Assembly (NCBI GenBank): GCA_965242515.1
Contig: OZ251448.1
Span: forward strand, 518,512 to 582,511
DNA: 64,000 nucleotides
Direction: 5' to 3'
DNA from: Bdellovibrionales bacterium
Lineage (GTDB): Bacteria > Bdellovibrionota > Bdellovibrionia > Bdellovibrionales > UBA1609
In this document: positions 46,791-58,808 of the stretch, one piece after another
Layout: every line of letters begins with the position of its first letter
How positions within the stretch are numbered: the first letter of the stretch is position 1
The notes under the pieces: generated by a model
The model's database searches: none
The model's input: the letters and a program-made list of their open reading frames with translations, nothing else
Told to the model about the DNA's origin: nothing
Made by a program: the position numbers and the translations under genes

Positions 46791-46958
46791 ATCGTTTCCA
46801 CTTAGTTAATAAAAACCTCAAAATTTAAAATTGTTTTTGCATCCATTATTGTCATTTCTTCGTCGGTCGCTATTTCTTTCGTCAGTTGTCATTACTAAAT
46901 GGGGACAGGAATCTAGAAAAGCTACCCGCTGTTTTTTATCCTAGTAGGTTTGTCATCT

Positions 46959-47711
46959 TTATTTTACAGAGCCACTACTGCCACTTGATGAGGTGGGCTG
47001 TTCACTGGTTGTGTTTATCTGTTTTGTGTATTCGTTGTATTTACTTCTAAGCCTTACATGTTTGTTGAAAGCTGATAAATACTCTTTTTCAAGCTTACTG
47101 CATGTAGTTTCTTGTTTTTTATATTTTTTATAAGCTTTATGTACTTTAGGGTCAGCTGAATCTTTTCCACAAGGTCCGTCTTCTTCATACCGAATGGTAC
47201 GTAATTGTCGCCTCGTGTATTCTAAATCTTTTGTTGCATTCTCAAAATCATCCCATGCATTCTGATATGCTGTTGAAACAGATTTAATTTTGGATTTTGT
47301 ATCAGGATCGCGCCATTTTTTTGGGTCTTTCAGGCTTAGTGCATACAAATCATCTAGTTGCTTTCCCAAGGCTGTATATGTTTTACCTTTAACTGTATTT
47401 GTTTTAATATGTTGTATTTTATCATAAATATCTTTTTCTTTGGTTTCTAAACTTTTAATAGATGGATGATTACTGGAGTCACAGATGTGTTTCCAGTTAT
47501 AATAAGTCATTAGAGAGTGAGATAAATCTCCGGTATAGGTATTAATCTTAGCGTTACAAATAATCTGGTATTTACTTGCATACTTGTTGAATTCTTTTAA
47601 AGCATCTCTTACTTCCTTTACTGACGGAAAACACACTTCAGGTAATACCTTTTTACCAAAACCAATGCTCGGAAAAATTAAAATTGCTAAAAATATAATA
47701 GTATGTTTCAT
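46959..47711 (-). CDS. Hypothetical secreted Lys-rich protein
   Basis: Signal peptide MKHTIIFLAILIFPSIGFG. AGGAGG-like RBS (aaaaggaggagtg on the gene strand). AT-rich. No family recognised. Confidence 0.55.
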   Translation of the reverse strand: MKHTIIFLAILIFPSIGFGKKVLPEVCFPSVKEVRDALKEFNKYASKYQIICNAKINTYTGDLSHSLMTYYNWKHICDSSNHPSIKSLETKEKDIYDKIQHIKTNTVKGKTYTALGKQLDDLYALSLKDPKKWRDPDTKSKIKSVSTAYQNAWDDFENATKDLEYTRRQLRTIRYEEDGPCGKDSADPKVHKAYKKYKKQETTCSKLEKEYLSAFNKHVRLRSKYNEYTKQINTTSEQPTSSSGSSGSVK

Positions 47712-47984
47712 AATACACTCCTCCTTTTTTTAATATTAAGTTAATAGTTTATTTATTAAATTAAATAATATATTTCTCCTATCCCGCTTTGTGTTTGGTT
47801 TAATTTTATATGTCTTGAATTGTACACTTTTACAAATTGTACATTATACTAACTTGATAAGACTTAAACTACTCATATTAGCAATTATAAATATTTTTTC
47901 ATAAATTACAAGCTTTATTTTTAAAGAATTAAAAAAATCTATAAATTTATACTTTAGTCTAGTAGTTAAGTAAATACTTTTGGT

Positions 47985-49109
47985 TTAAAGGTTTTTGATT
48001 TGACAAAACTTCCAGAAAGGTAACGACCTTCCACCTTTATTTGCTAAACCTATATCTTTTGTGCTGGTATGTACTTGATAAAATTCTGGTATATTTGTTC
48101 GTTCTTTAAAGTATTTTATATGTTTAGAAATAGTTGTTTGCGATAACTTACATTCCACTGCAAATTGAGGGTTTTTATTTTTTAAAACAACAAAATCTAT
48201 TTCTCTTCCTTGTCGGTCTCTTAAGTACCTAAGCTCCATACAATAGCCCTCAGTATCTTGTATATAATGGCAGTATTTTAATAAATGAGAAGCCACCATA
48301 TTTTCAAATTGTGAGCTAGGGGAGCTTGCCCCTGCCCAATCCCACAAGTACAGTTTTTGTTCTTTTTTGACAGCTTTAATTTTAGGGCTACCAAAAGGAG
48401 CAATACGATAACATATATACATAGCCTCTAAAATATCTAACCACCGGCAAAGTGTGTTATGGCTTACTTGTAAATCTTGCCTAAGGTTTTCTATAGAGAG
48501 AATAGACCCTGCTCTATCTATTAAAGCTTGTATTAATACTTCAATGGTGGATATTTCTTTTATATTTTCTAAACTATTAATATCTGTGTGAACTACTCGA
48601 TTAAGCCTTTCTAAAGACCATCTTCTATAAGTTTTTTGACTGCCTGATAAAATAGGCTCTGGAAAACCTCCTAAATGCAACATAGTAGTTACATCATCTT
48701 GATTGGGCTTTGTAATAAGTTCCGTAAGGCTAAAAGGATGCAAACGAAAGTAACGGTAGCGTCCAAAAAGAGAATCCCCACCTTTTTTATAATGATCTAA
48801 ACGGGCAGAGCCAGTGACAATAATTTTAACCTGATCTCCATAAGTATCGTAAAAACCTTTAATAAAACTTCGCCAATTTCGGAATTTATGAATTTCATCA
48901 AAAACAAGTTTTTTATTGTGTATGGGTATTTGGTTTTTGATGATAGACTGGCGATGCTCTACATTGTCCCAGTTTAAATAAGATGCTTTTTCCTTAATAA
49001 TTTGCCGGCTTAAAGTGGTTTTTCCTACCTGCCTCGGACCTCCAATAAAAACCATCTTTTGACGAAGGTCTTGAGTAATAGGAGCTTTTAAATACCGGAC
49101 TCTTTTCAT
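47985..49109 (-). CDS. AAA-type ATPase (AAA_14 + DUF4143-like architecture)
   Basis: Walker A GGPRQVGKTT and Walker B LVFDEIH. The C-terminal half with YLRDRQGREIDFVV resembles the restriction-endonuclease-like DUF4143 module, recalled from memory. Confidence 0.7.
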   Translation of the reverse strand: MKRVRYLKAPITQDLRQKMVFIGGPRQVGKTTLSRQIIKEKASYLNWDNVEHRQSIIKNQIPIHNKKLVFDEIHKFRNWRSFIKGFYDTYGDQVKIIVTGSARLDHYKKGGDSLFGRYRYFRLHPFSLTELITKPNQDDVTTMLHLGGFPEPILSGSQKTYRRWSLERLNRVVHTDINSLENIKEISTIEVLIQALIDRAGSILSIENLRQDLQVSHNTLCRWLDILEAMYICYRIAPFGSPKIKAVKKEQKLYLWDWAGASSPSSQFENMVASHLLKYCHYIQDTEGYCMELRYLRDRQGREIDFVVLKNKNPQFAVECKLSQTTISKHIKYFKERTNIPEFYQVHTSTKDIGLANKGGRSLPFWKFCQIKNL

Positions 49110-49261
49110 GCCTAGTATGATAATGTTAGTACTTTTTCATAGTCAATACAAAAATAGTTCTGCAATGTGATTATCTGCAAGTAATTAGAGTTAAAAGCAC
49201 TAGCCTAAAGTAGGGGGATTTAAAATATTTAACGAAAATGTAGAAAAAAGTTAAAAAATAC

Positions 49262-49301
49262 TTGGCATTCTGCAAAAATAGATGCATAATATTGGTATAA
49301 T
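49262..49301 (+). promoter_or_regulatory. Candidate sigma-70 promoter(s): TTGGCA-N17-CATAAT and an extended -10 TGGTATAAT
   Basis: ttggca at 49262-67, 17-nt spacer, cataat at 49285-90. Then tggtataat ends at 49301, directly abutting the heptanucleotide repeat. Confidence 0.4.
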
Positions 49302-49370
49302 CAATAATCAATAATCAATAATCAATAATCAATAATCAATAATCAATAATCAATAATCAATAATCAATAA
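49302..49370 (+). repeat. Heptanucleotide microsatellite (CAATAAT) x9 plus a partial unit
   Basis: Read directly. Lies between the candidate -10 and the AGAGGAGG RBS (49374-81) of the lipoprotein gene. Confidence 0.95.
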
Positions 49371-49385
49371 AAAAGAGGAGGATTT

Positions 49386-49962
49386 TATGATGAAAAATAT
49401 TATTTTAATACTATGTGCTTTAAGTCTTTTAGGGGCTTGTCGCAAGTCTGATTCTAATAAGTCTTAAGCCACACAAGGAGCATCTCAATCCACACAAGGA
49501 GCAGGTGGTTCTGCTATAAACCCAAAAATAATTACTGAATCACCTAATCAGCAATGCGGAGGGTTAGATGATTATAGGGAAGAGCCATGTGTTTGTCAGG
49601 GTGCATTAGCAATATGTGGTCCTAGTCAGGTGCCAGCACCGCAAGGGGTTACTCCTGTACAGAAAAAATTTGATTGTAGTACTCAGCCAAATCTATTAGA
49701 CGGAGGGGGAACTATCGTAACTGTTACATCCTATTTAGGCACTAACACACAAGCCAATGTGCATGTTGGGAATCCTCTTATGAATTTATTGTCGTTATCC
49801 ATTACACCTCCTGCAAACCATCATTTAGCATGTATGCAGGTTGTTACAGATAGCAACAATCAAGTGAAACAAAAAATTCATATTGATAACTCACCTAGGG
49901 GAATAGCTTCTTGTCAATATGGCTTACAAACTTACTCAGCATCTTGTAAAGTAGTGCAATAA
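49386..49962 (+). pseudogene. Disrupted small Cys-rich lipoprotein gene
   Basis: The ATG frame gives MMKNIILILCALSLLGAC-PQV-stop (TGA at 49449). The mature part (ATQGASQSTQGAGGS...CGGLDDYREEPCVCQGALAICGPSQ-VPAPQG...) is in the +1 frame and is preceded by an in-frame TAA at 49465. The tracked ORF 49630-49962 starts only at an internal GTG. Confidence 0.55.
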
Positions 49963-49981
49963 TAAATGCTTTCTTTTAGTG

Positions 49982-50023
49982 TAGATAAGAAAACCAAGCT
50001 TTTAAGCTTGGTTTTCTTATCTA
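49982..50023. terminator. Strong 18-bp perfect hairpin
   Basis: tagataagaaaaccaagc-ttttaa-gcttggttttcttatcta, 20 nt after the stop at 49962. Confidence 0.6.
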
Positions 50024-50294
50024 GAATATATGTTTTTATAATGTAAATAATGTAACTTTAAATTAAAGAACTAAAGGGGGATATTTTGCAGGTCCAAGCC
50101 CCCCAAAGAGGGTCGCTTTTGATGCACTCCTAGCACACACACTACCCAAAATGACCAATTCATAAGCTACTTTACACCAACTATTCTCTCACCCAAAAGG
50201 CTATGTTTTTATGTAGTTTTGAGATGCTGATGCCACTTTTTTTAGCTTGAGGAGTGCTTTTTTTGTAACTTTTTAAGCTCTTTTTCTTGGAATA

Positions 50295-50705
50295 ATGTTG
50301 CTTGCTTCAACTCAAGCAACAACACAAAAAAACGAAAAATTCTTTTCTGCTCTAAAAGAAGGAGATATTTCTCAATTTAAACTAATTTCTCAATCTAAAA
50401 TAACTAGAAGCGATAATATAATAGTTGTCGATACTATAACAGATAGTGATGGCAATTCACCTTTGCATGTTGCAAGTTTTGTGTTTAATTCAATAGCAAC
50501 AAATTTGTTATTAAAAGCGGGAGCTGATATTGAATTAAAAAATAATGCGAACGAAACTGCCTATCGTTGTTACACCAATGACACATTCCACAATAGAGAC
50601 AAAAAAAGCGTATTACCTTTATTATTACAACTCCCCCCTTCTTCCTACTCTTCTAGTGAATGTTCAACATGGTCATTTTACACGAAGTACATACGTACAC
50701 CTTGA
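50295..50705 (+). CDS. Ankyrin-repeat protein (small)
   Basis: DSDGNSPLHVASFVFNSIATNLLLKAGADIELKNNANETA is a canonical ANK unit. The in-frame upstream sequence reads like a signal peptide (SAFFVTF-stop-ALFLGIMLLASTQA) interrupted by TAA at 50274. Confidence 0.6.
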   Translation: MLLASTQATTQKNEKFFSALKEGDISQFKLISQSKITRSDNIIVVDTITDSDGNSPLHVASFVFNSIATNLLLKAGADIELKNNANETAYRCYTNDTFHNRDKKSVLPLLLQLPPSSYSSSECSTWSFYTKYIRTP

Positions 50706-50811
50706 ATGATTTATAAATGTCACATGGTTTGCAAGACTATAAAAAGGATCAAATAAAGATACCCAAATCAATAAAAGATTAGGGTTAGAGTTAGAGTTAG
50801 GGTTAAATTGA

Positions 50812-51966
50812 TTATTTATTTTTCACTAACCTTAACTTATGATTACCAGAATAATCATCCTCTATTAAATAACAAACTCTATCAGCTAATGTGCTAAACA
50901 ACTCCTTAAAAAGCTCTTGGTTTTCTTTCATCTCTTGAAGAGATTTACCCGTGTGTTGTATTTCTTCTTCTGTTAATTTAAATATAGGTTTTCCATATTT
51001 TTGAGATGAAGCAATTAAAGAATTAAAATCACCAATACTAATTAAATTATAAGGCTTTTCATCTGTAATATGCCGAACAAAACTCTCTTTATTAATAACC
51101 ATATTATACGGTGTTAGTTTTTTAGCTAATAAGTCATTAGAAGCTTCTTGAATTTTATCAATCCACTCCTTATAAGCTTTGGCTATCCCCTTCTTTCTTT
51201 CTTCATACTTTTTATCTCCTATAATAGGAACATGCTCCATTATTTCTTTTTTTCTTGGTGTATAAGGTCTGTATTTTTGCGAAATCACACCTAACATCTT
51301 TGGCGGCACTGAAGGTAAAGCATTGGGTAATGAAGATTTTCGAAATCTTTTAAAAGAATTATTCCAATTAATAAACATATCACCTAAATTCTGAATAGCT
51401 TGATAAGAAAAAAAGTCCGGAGATGTAGGGATAAGAAAATAGTCACTACTCATTAAAATACTCCTATTCATAGCACCCGAACTAGGACTCATATCAATTA
51501 AAACAAGCTGACACTGATTTTGTTCAGCTGTCTTACGAATAACTGCATTTAAAGCACCAACAAATTGAGTAGTAAATTGCAACAAACCTCCCTCTGCTGA
51601 CAATAAACCCGCTGTTACTTGTATGTCAAAATCAGACATAGAAAGATGACCTGCTACAAGCTTTAAGTTACTGTTTAATGTATCAGCAGGTTTAACAGAC
51701 TCTATACTCAAAGTTGTACCTGATATAATAGGATTTAATTTTAAGTAAAGATTGTCATTATCTACATCTCTATAAAAAGCCTCTATTGATTGTTTGTCTT
51801 GTAACTGTAAAACAGAAGCTGTTAAATTACACTGAGGATCGGTATCCACTATTAAAGTTTTTATGCCTTTATCAGCAAAAGCCCAGCCTAAATTAAATGT
51901 CGTAGTGGTTTTGCTAACCCCTCCTTTATGATTAAATAAAGCAATTAAAATTGGCTTTTGAAACAA
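50812..51966 (-). CDS. Orphan ParA/MinD-family ATPase with an about 130-aa C-terminal extension
   Basis: TTG start 6 nt after AAGGGAGGGGA. Deviant Walker A NHKGGVSKTT, then VDTDPQCNLT, Walker B VLIDMSP. No parB-like partner adjacent. Confidence 0.75.
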   Translation of the reverse strand: MFQKPILIALFNHKGGVSKTTTTFNLGWAFADKGIKTLIVDTDPQCNLTASVLQLQDKQSIEAFYRDVDNDNLYLKLNPIISGTTLSIESVKPADTLNSNLKLVAGHLSMSDFDIQVTAGLLSAEGGLLQFTTQFVGALNAVIRKTAEQNQCQLVLIDMSPSSGAMNRSILMSSDYFLIPTSPDFFSYQAIQNLGDMFINWNNSFKRFRKSSLPNALPSVPPKMLGVISQKYRPYTPRKKEIMEHVPIIGDKKYEERKKGIAKAYKEWIDKIQEASNDLLAKKLTPYNMVINKESFVRHITDEKPYNLISIGDFNSLIASSQKYGKPIFKLTEEEIQHTGKSLQEMKENQELFKELFSTLADRVCYLIEDDYSGNHKLRLVKNK

Positions 51967-52144
51967 AAATCCCCTCCCTTATATTATTACTTATAACTAT
52001 TTTTCCTTAAGAGTATATTAAAATAGTACCTTAATCAAATTTTAAACGCAATAATAAAAGGTTCAAAATGTATTATTTAGCGAAATTTATTTGAGATATT
52101 TAGATATCTTAGAAATTCCAAAAATAACAGACAATAATAAAAAA

Positions 52145-52260
52145 GCCGGTATCGTGCTACTCTCCCACAAGGTGAACCTTGTAGTACCATCACCGCTGGC
52201 AGACTTAACTTCTGTGTTCGAGATGGGAACAGGTGTTGCCCCGCCGCTGTAAATACCGGC
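52145..52260 (-). rRNA. rrf: 5S ribosomal RNA
   Basis: The reverse complement reads gccggtatttacagcggcggggcaacacctgttcccatctcgaacacagaagttaagtctgccagcggtgatggtac...gggagagtagcacgataccggc. It has the conserved CCCATxTCGAACxCAGAAGTTAAG and GAGAGTAG blocks and closes helix I. Confidence 0.95.
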
Positions 52261-52449
52261 AAATCTATTACCTAAATCAGTAAAAATAACCCTTGTTACT
52301 TGTCACTGTCATTCATCACTTGTCACTTATCACTTGTCATTTAAAGCACATGTATATCTCTTTTATCTAGAAAATCTATTAAATAATTTTCTAATCCAAA
52401 ACATTCTTAAAGCTTTTAACCACTACATAATAAAGAAATATTAGTAGAA

Positions 52450-55441
<2,992 letters not shown>

Positions 55442-55767
55442 TTGTTCTAATTTTCTAAACATATAGCTAAAAAGCTTACGAATGTTTTGAATTAAAAAAT
55501 TTATTTCTCTCTTTCGAAAATATTGAGTTATTTTACTGATTTAATTGTCAAAGAACACCCCTAAACCATCAAAAATGTATAAAAATACCCATCTCATAAG
55601 ATTTAAGGAATAACAAGCTTACTAAACACCACCCCATCAATGCAAGTAAAAAAATTTTATTTTTTTACTTACCGAACTCAAAAGCCTTTATTATGCTCAT
55701 AAAACTACAATGATGCTTATTATTGTAAGATTACGACTATTATTGTAAGATTTTTAAAGTAAAAAGC

Positions 55768-56214
55768 CTATTTTTTAGATAGCAACTGATCTAGCTTATA
55801 ATGTAGCTCTTTTTGAGCTTGCTTCATTTCTGCCCTAAGTTCTTTATGATCTGCTCTTAGATGCTCAATCGCCTTATTGGTATCTGTCCTTAAATGCTCA
55901 ATCATTTTAGTAGTATCCGCCCTTAAATGCTCAATCATTTTATGGGTATCTGATCTAAGAAGATCAATCGCTTTGTGGGTATCTAATCTAAGAAGATCAA
56001 TCGCTTTGTGAGTATCTGATCTAAGAAGATCAATCGCTTTATGGGTATCTATTCTAGAGGTATCAATTTTTTTATTAGTATCAGTGATATGGTTATTAAG
56101 CTTATCGTCTATGTTTTTGGTCTTCATAATCAAATAAACCAACATCACAATTAAAGCCACACCCCAAATAGGGACAGCTGAATTCAAAGCACTTAAAAAA
56201 TTGATAAAGCTCAT
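55768..56214 (-). CDS. Membrane-anchored protein built from about seven tandem 11-aa repeats (DTHKAIDLLRS type)
   Basis: N-terminal TM segment (VPIWGVALIVMLVYLIM). 33-bp DNA tandem repeats over about 55860-56090 encode DTHKAIDLLRS/DTHKMIEHLRA/DTTKMIEHLRT.... Confidence 0.65.
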   Translation of the reverse strand: MSFINFLSALNSAVPIWGVALIVMLVYLIMKTKNIDDKLNNHITDTNKKIDTSRIDTHKAIDLLRSDTHKAIDLLRLDTHKAIDLLRSDTHKMIEHLRADTTKMIEHLRTDTNKAIEHLRADHKELRAEMKQAQKELHYKLDQLLSKK

Positions 56215-56261
56215 ATTTTTACTATAACATACAAATTATACGACATCAAGTATTTGTATTT

Positions 56262-57137
56262 TTGGCTCTTTTCTGCAAAAAACAATGTGTGATGCCTTTA
56301 GTGGATATAGTTATTCCTGTTTTCAACAGGGCTTGGTGTGTCAATCGGGCTATTTGTTCCGTACAAAACCAAAGTTTTAAAGATTTTCACTTATGGGTGG
56401 TAGATGATGGTTCAACAGATAATACAATAGATGTATTACATAAAGCACTCGCTCAAATCCCAAGTGGAAAAATGTCTATTTTACAGCTTAAAACTAATAA
56501 AGGGGTGAGTGTGGCTCGCAATCTGGCTATTCAAGCAGGTTCGGCAAAATGGGTAGCCTTTTTAGATTCCGATGACGAGTGGCACACTCACAAATTATTT
56601 AAACAGCTGGAATATGCTAAAACACACCCTCAATACCCTCTCATCCATACTAATGAAACTTGGCTCCGAAATGGCTTAAAAATCAACCAAAAGAAAAAAC
56701 ATCTAAAAAAAGGAGGGCGAATTTTCACTCATAGTTTAGAAATGTGTCGTATCAGCCCCTCCTCAGCACTTATTAACCGAACTTTCCTTTTAAAAATAGG
56801 GCTTTTTAGAGAAGACTTTCCCGTGTGCGAAGATTACGAGCTATGGCTTAGAGCCACAGCCAGATCTCCCATAGGCTTTATCAATCTACCTTTAGTGATA
56901 AAACATGGCGGGCATTCCGATCAGCTATCGCACAAATATAAAGCCATGGATGAGTGGCGAGTGCGTGCCATGTTTAATTGCATACACAACCCTTTTATTA
57001 AAAGCCAAGAAAAACACCAGTTACTAAAAACACTACAAAAAAAATGTCGCATTTTACTCAACGGCTACCAAAAACACAAAAACTTTGTTAACCAAAGTGA
57101 AATATCAGCTATTGCTACCAGAGCATCAAGCACTTAA
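56262..57137 (+). CDS. Family 2 glycosyltransferase
   Basis: VDIVIPVFNRAWCVNRAICSVQNQSFKDFHLWVVDDGSTDNT, plus DSDDEW (DxD-like). The true start may be the ATG at 56292 rather than TTG at 56262. Confidence 0.85.
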   Translation: MALFCKKQCVMPLVDIVIPVFNRAWCVNRAICSVQNQSFKDFHLWVVDDGSTDNTIDVLHKALAQIPSGKMSILQLKTNKGVSVARNLAIQAGSAKWVAFLDSDDEWHTHKLFKQLEYAKTHPQYPLIHTNETWLRNGLKINQKKKHLKKGGRIFTHSLEMCRISPSSALINRTFLLKIGLFREDFPVCEDYELWLRATARSPIGFINLPLVIKHGGHSDQLSHKYKAMDEWRVRAMFNCIHNPFIKSQEKHQLLKTLQKKCRILLNGYQKHKNFVNQSEISAIATRASST

Positions 57138-57145
57138 TTGATATA

Positions 57146-57901
57146 CTAATTTTTTTGATGCGTAATAATCGGCATTTCTTTTATAGCTTGGGCAAAGGCT
57201 TTATCTGTTTTGCAATCTCGCATAAGGAAGGCTAAAGCTGATTCTCCAAAGATATCTACCAGCTCTTGTATAGCTTTAGGTAAATAATCTTCTTTCAGTA
57301 AAGTTTTTCTAGCATAAATACGAGGCCAGCCAGATAAGTAATGATAACGACAATAAGAATCTGTAACAGCTGGTTGATCACAACTTTCATGCTGACAGTA
57401 AAACTTACCTTCGGCATCTTTAATAAGATCAATATCTTTTTGATGTTGATTTATTTTTTCTAACTCTTTTTTTAACTCAGTGATTTTTTTTTGACGCTTG
57501 CCGTTGGTTGCAACTTTAATACTCTGGTACTCTTTAGAAGGTGATTTTTTTTTGTGTAAAGATGAAGGTGGCAGGTTATCAGCAACAGATGATGTAGTTC
57601 TAAGCCCAACATCTGCAGGTGTGGCATCTGCTTTCACAGAACTTGCTTTTTTCTCTGCTACTGCATCTACTTGCGTAGCATCCGCTTGCGTAGCGTCTGT
57701 TTTCGCAAACACTACCTTCTGCTTTGCTACATCTACTTGCGTAGCATCCGCTTGCGTAGCGTCTGTTTTCGCAAACACTACCTTCTGCTTTGCTACATCT
57801 GTTTTCGTAGCATCCGCTTTCGCACTATCTGCTTTGGCATCAACAGCTTTTTTACGAGCCTTATCACCAAGCAAGTTTTTAAAAACTTTTATAAGTCCCA
57901 T
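57146..57901 (-). CDS. Hypothetical protein with 22-aa tandem repeats and a C-terminal Cys/His cluster
   Basis: A 66-bp direct repeat x2 (57664-57795) encodes DATQADATQVDVAKQKVVFAKT twice. The C-terminus has FYCQHESCDQPAVTDSYCRYHY, possibly a zinc ribbon. Confidence 0.55.
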   Translation of the reverse strand: MGLIKVFKNLLGDKARKKAVDAKADSAKADATKTDVAKQKVVFAKTDATQADATQVDVAKQKVVFAKTDATQADATQVDAVAEKKASSVKADATPADVGLRTTSSVADNLPPSSLHKKKSPSKEYQSIKVATNGKRQKKITELKKELEKINQHQKDIDLIKDAEGKFYCQHESCDQPAVTDSYCRYHYLSGWPRIYARKTLLKEDYLPKAIQELVDIFGESALAFLMRDCKTDKAFAQAIKEMPIITHQKN

Positions 57902-57991
57902 AGCAGGTAAGGATATTAAAGTTAAAAGTTCTATTGGTCAAGCTTTTTTAAGCTCTGCTATTTTGGCTTAGATAGATTAAAACCGAATGTT

Positions 57992-58516
57992 TCAGGCACT
58001 TTTTTTCAATTTATGTAAATTGGAAGAAGAATCTTTTGGAGTAGTTTTAGATTCATTGATAAGAAAAGGTTTTTTAGGGCTTGAGTTTTCTTGGTAGTTG
58101 CGTAGATCGGATAAGGGAATGTTAAGTATTTTAGTGTTTCTGTACAGGGTAGCCCTACCTACTTGCAATATATCGGCAGCTTTGGTGATATTGCCTCTGC
58201 AAACAATAAGGGCATCTCGTATGGCACGAATTTTTAGCTCATCCAGAGTGTTAAAGAAGTTCCTTTCACGACCCCACGGTTTTTTTACAGCTACGATATT
58301 GCTATTATGAGGTGCTTTTTTGTGGGATGTCATTAAAGCTGGAGTGGGTAAATCCTCTTCTAAAGCTTCTTTTTTATTGTTTTTGTGCCACTTTTCTACA
58401 GAACAGCATTTAAACTGGTATTGATTGTTTTGTGCAAATTCTTTTGCTTTTTTAATATCCGACAGGTTATTACTAATAAACATTAAAATCATTTTAAAGC
58501 CTTTGTTCTTTAACAC
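57992..58516 (-). CDS. Fis-type helix-turn-helix DNA-binding protein
   Basis: IRAIRDALIVCRGNITKAADILQVGRATLYRNTKIL is an HTH_8/Fis-type motif. GTG start at 58516 or ATG at 58492. Confidence 0.65.
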   Translation of the reverse strand: MLKNKGFKMILMFISNNLSDIKKAKEFAQNNQYQFKCCSVEKWHKNNKKEALEEDLPTPALMTSHKKAPHNSNIVAVKKPWGRERNFFNTLDELKIRAIRDALIVCRGNITKAADILQVGRATLYRNTKILNIPLSDLRNYQENSSPKKPFLINESKTTPKDSSSNLHKLKKSA

Positions 58517-58808
58517 ACACCACAGGGGGTTGCTACCCCGGGGGGGTGAAGTTACACTTTTTTACTAAATTACCAAAAAAGTAAGCTAGCTATAAAGAAT
58601 ATCGGCTCATCATCATGTAAACATTAATCCTTCATCTAAATATTAACTGGTCTAAAATAGTGGATTTGCACCTAAGGCTTGCCTGTAGTAAAAATAACCA
58701 TATATATTTATTAAGATAAAATAACCACAAAAGGTGCAGAATCACCCCTATTAAGGGTGAAGAAGCACCATAAAAGCTAAAAAATATATAAAAATAAGGA
58801 AAAATATA

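Noticed and set aside
50779-50805. TTAGGG/TTAGAG hexamer run (ttagggttagagttagagttagggtta), telomere-like.
   Set aside because: It has only about 4.5 units and lies internally between two genes. There is no evidence of a chromosome end or further telomeric structure, so it is treated as a minor microsatellite.
55546-55551. A perfect TTGACA (minus strand) upstream of the 23S as the rRNA promoter -35.
   Set aside because: There is no acceptable -10 at a 16-19-nt spacing. The sequence just downstream takes part in the outer precursor stem, so transcription must start further upstream.
57498-57971. Plus-strand ORFs 57498-57971 and 57671-57910.
   Set aside because: They are antisense or alternative frames of the 66-bp tandem repeat in the 251-aa gene, kept open by repeat periodicity.
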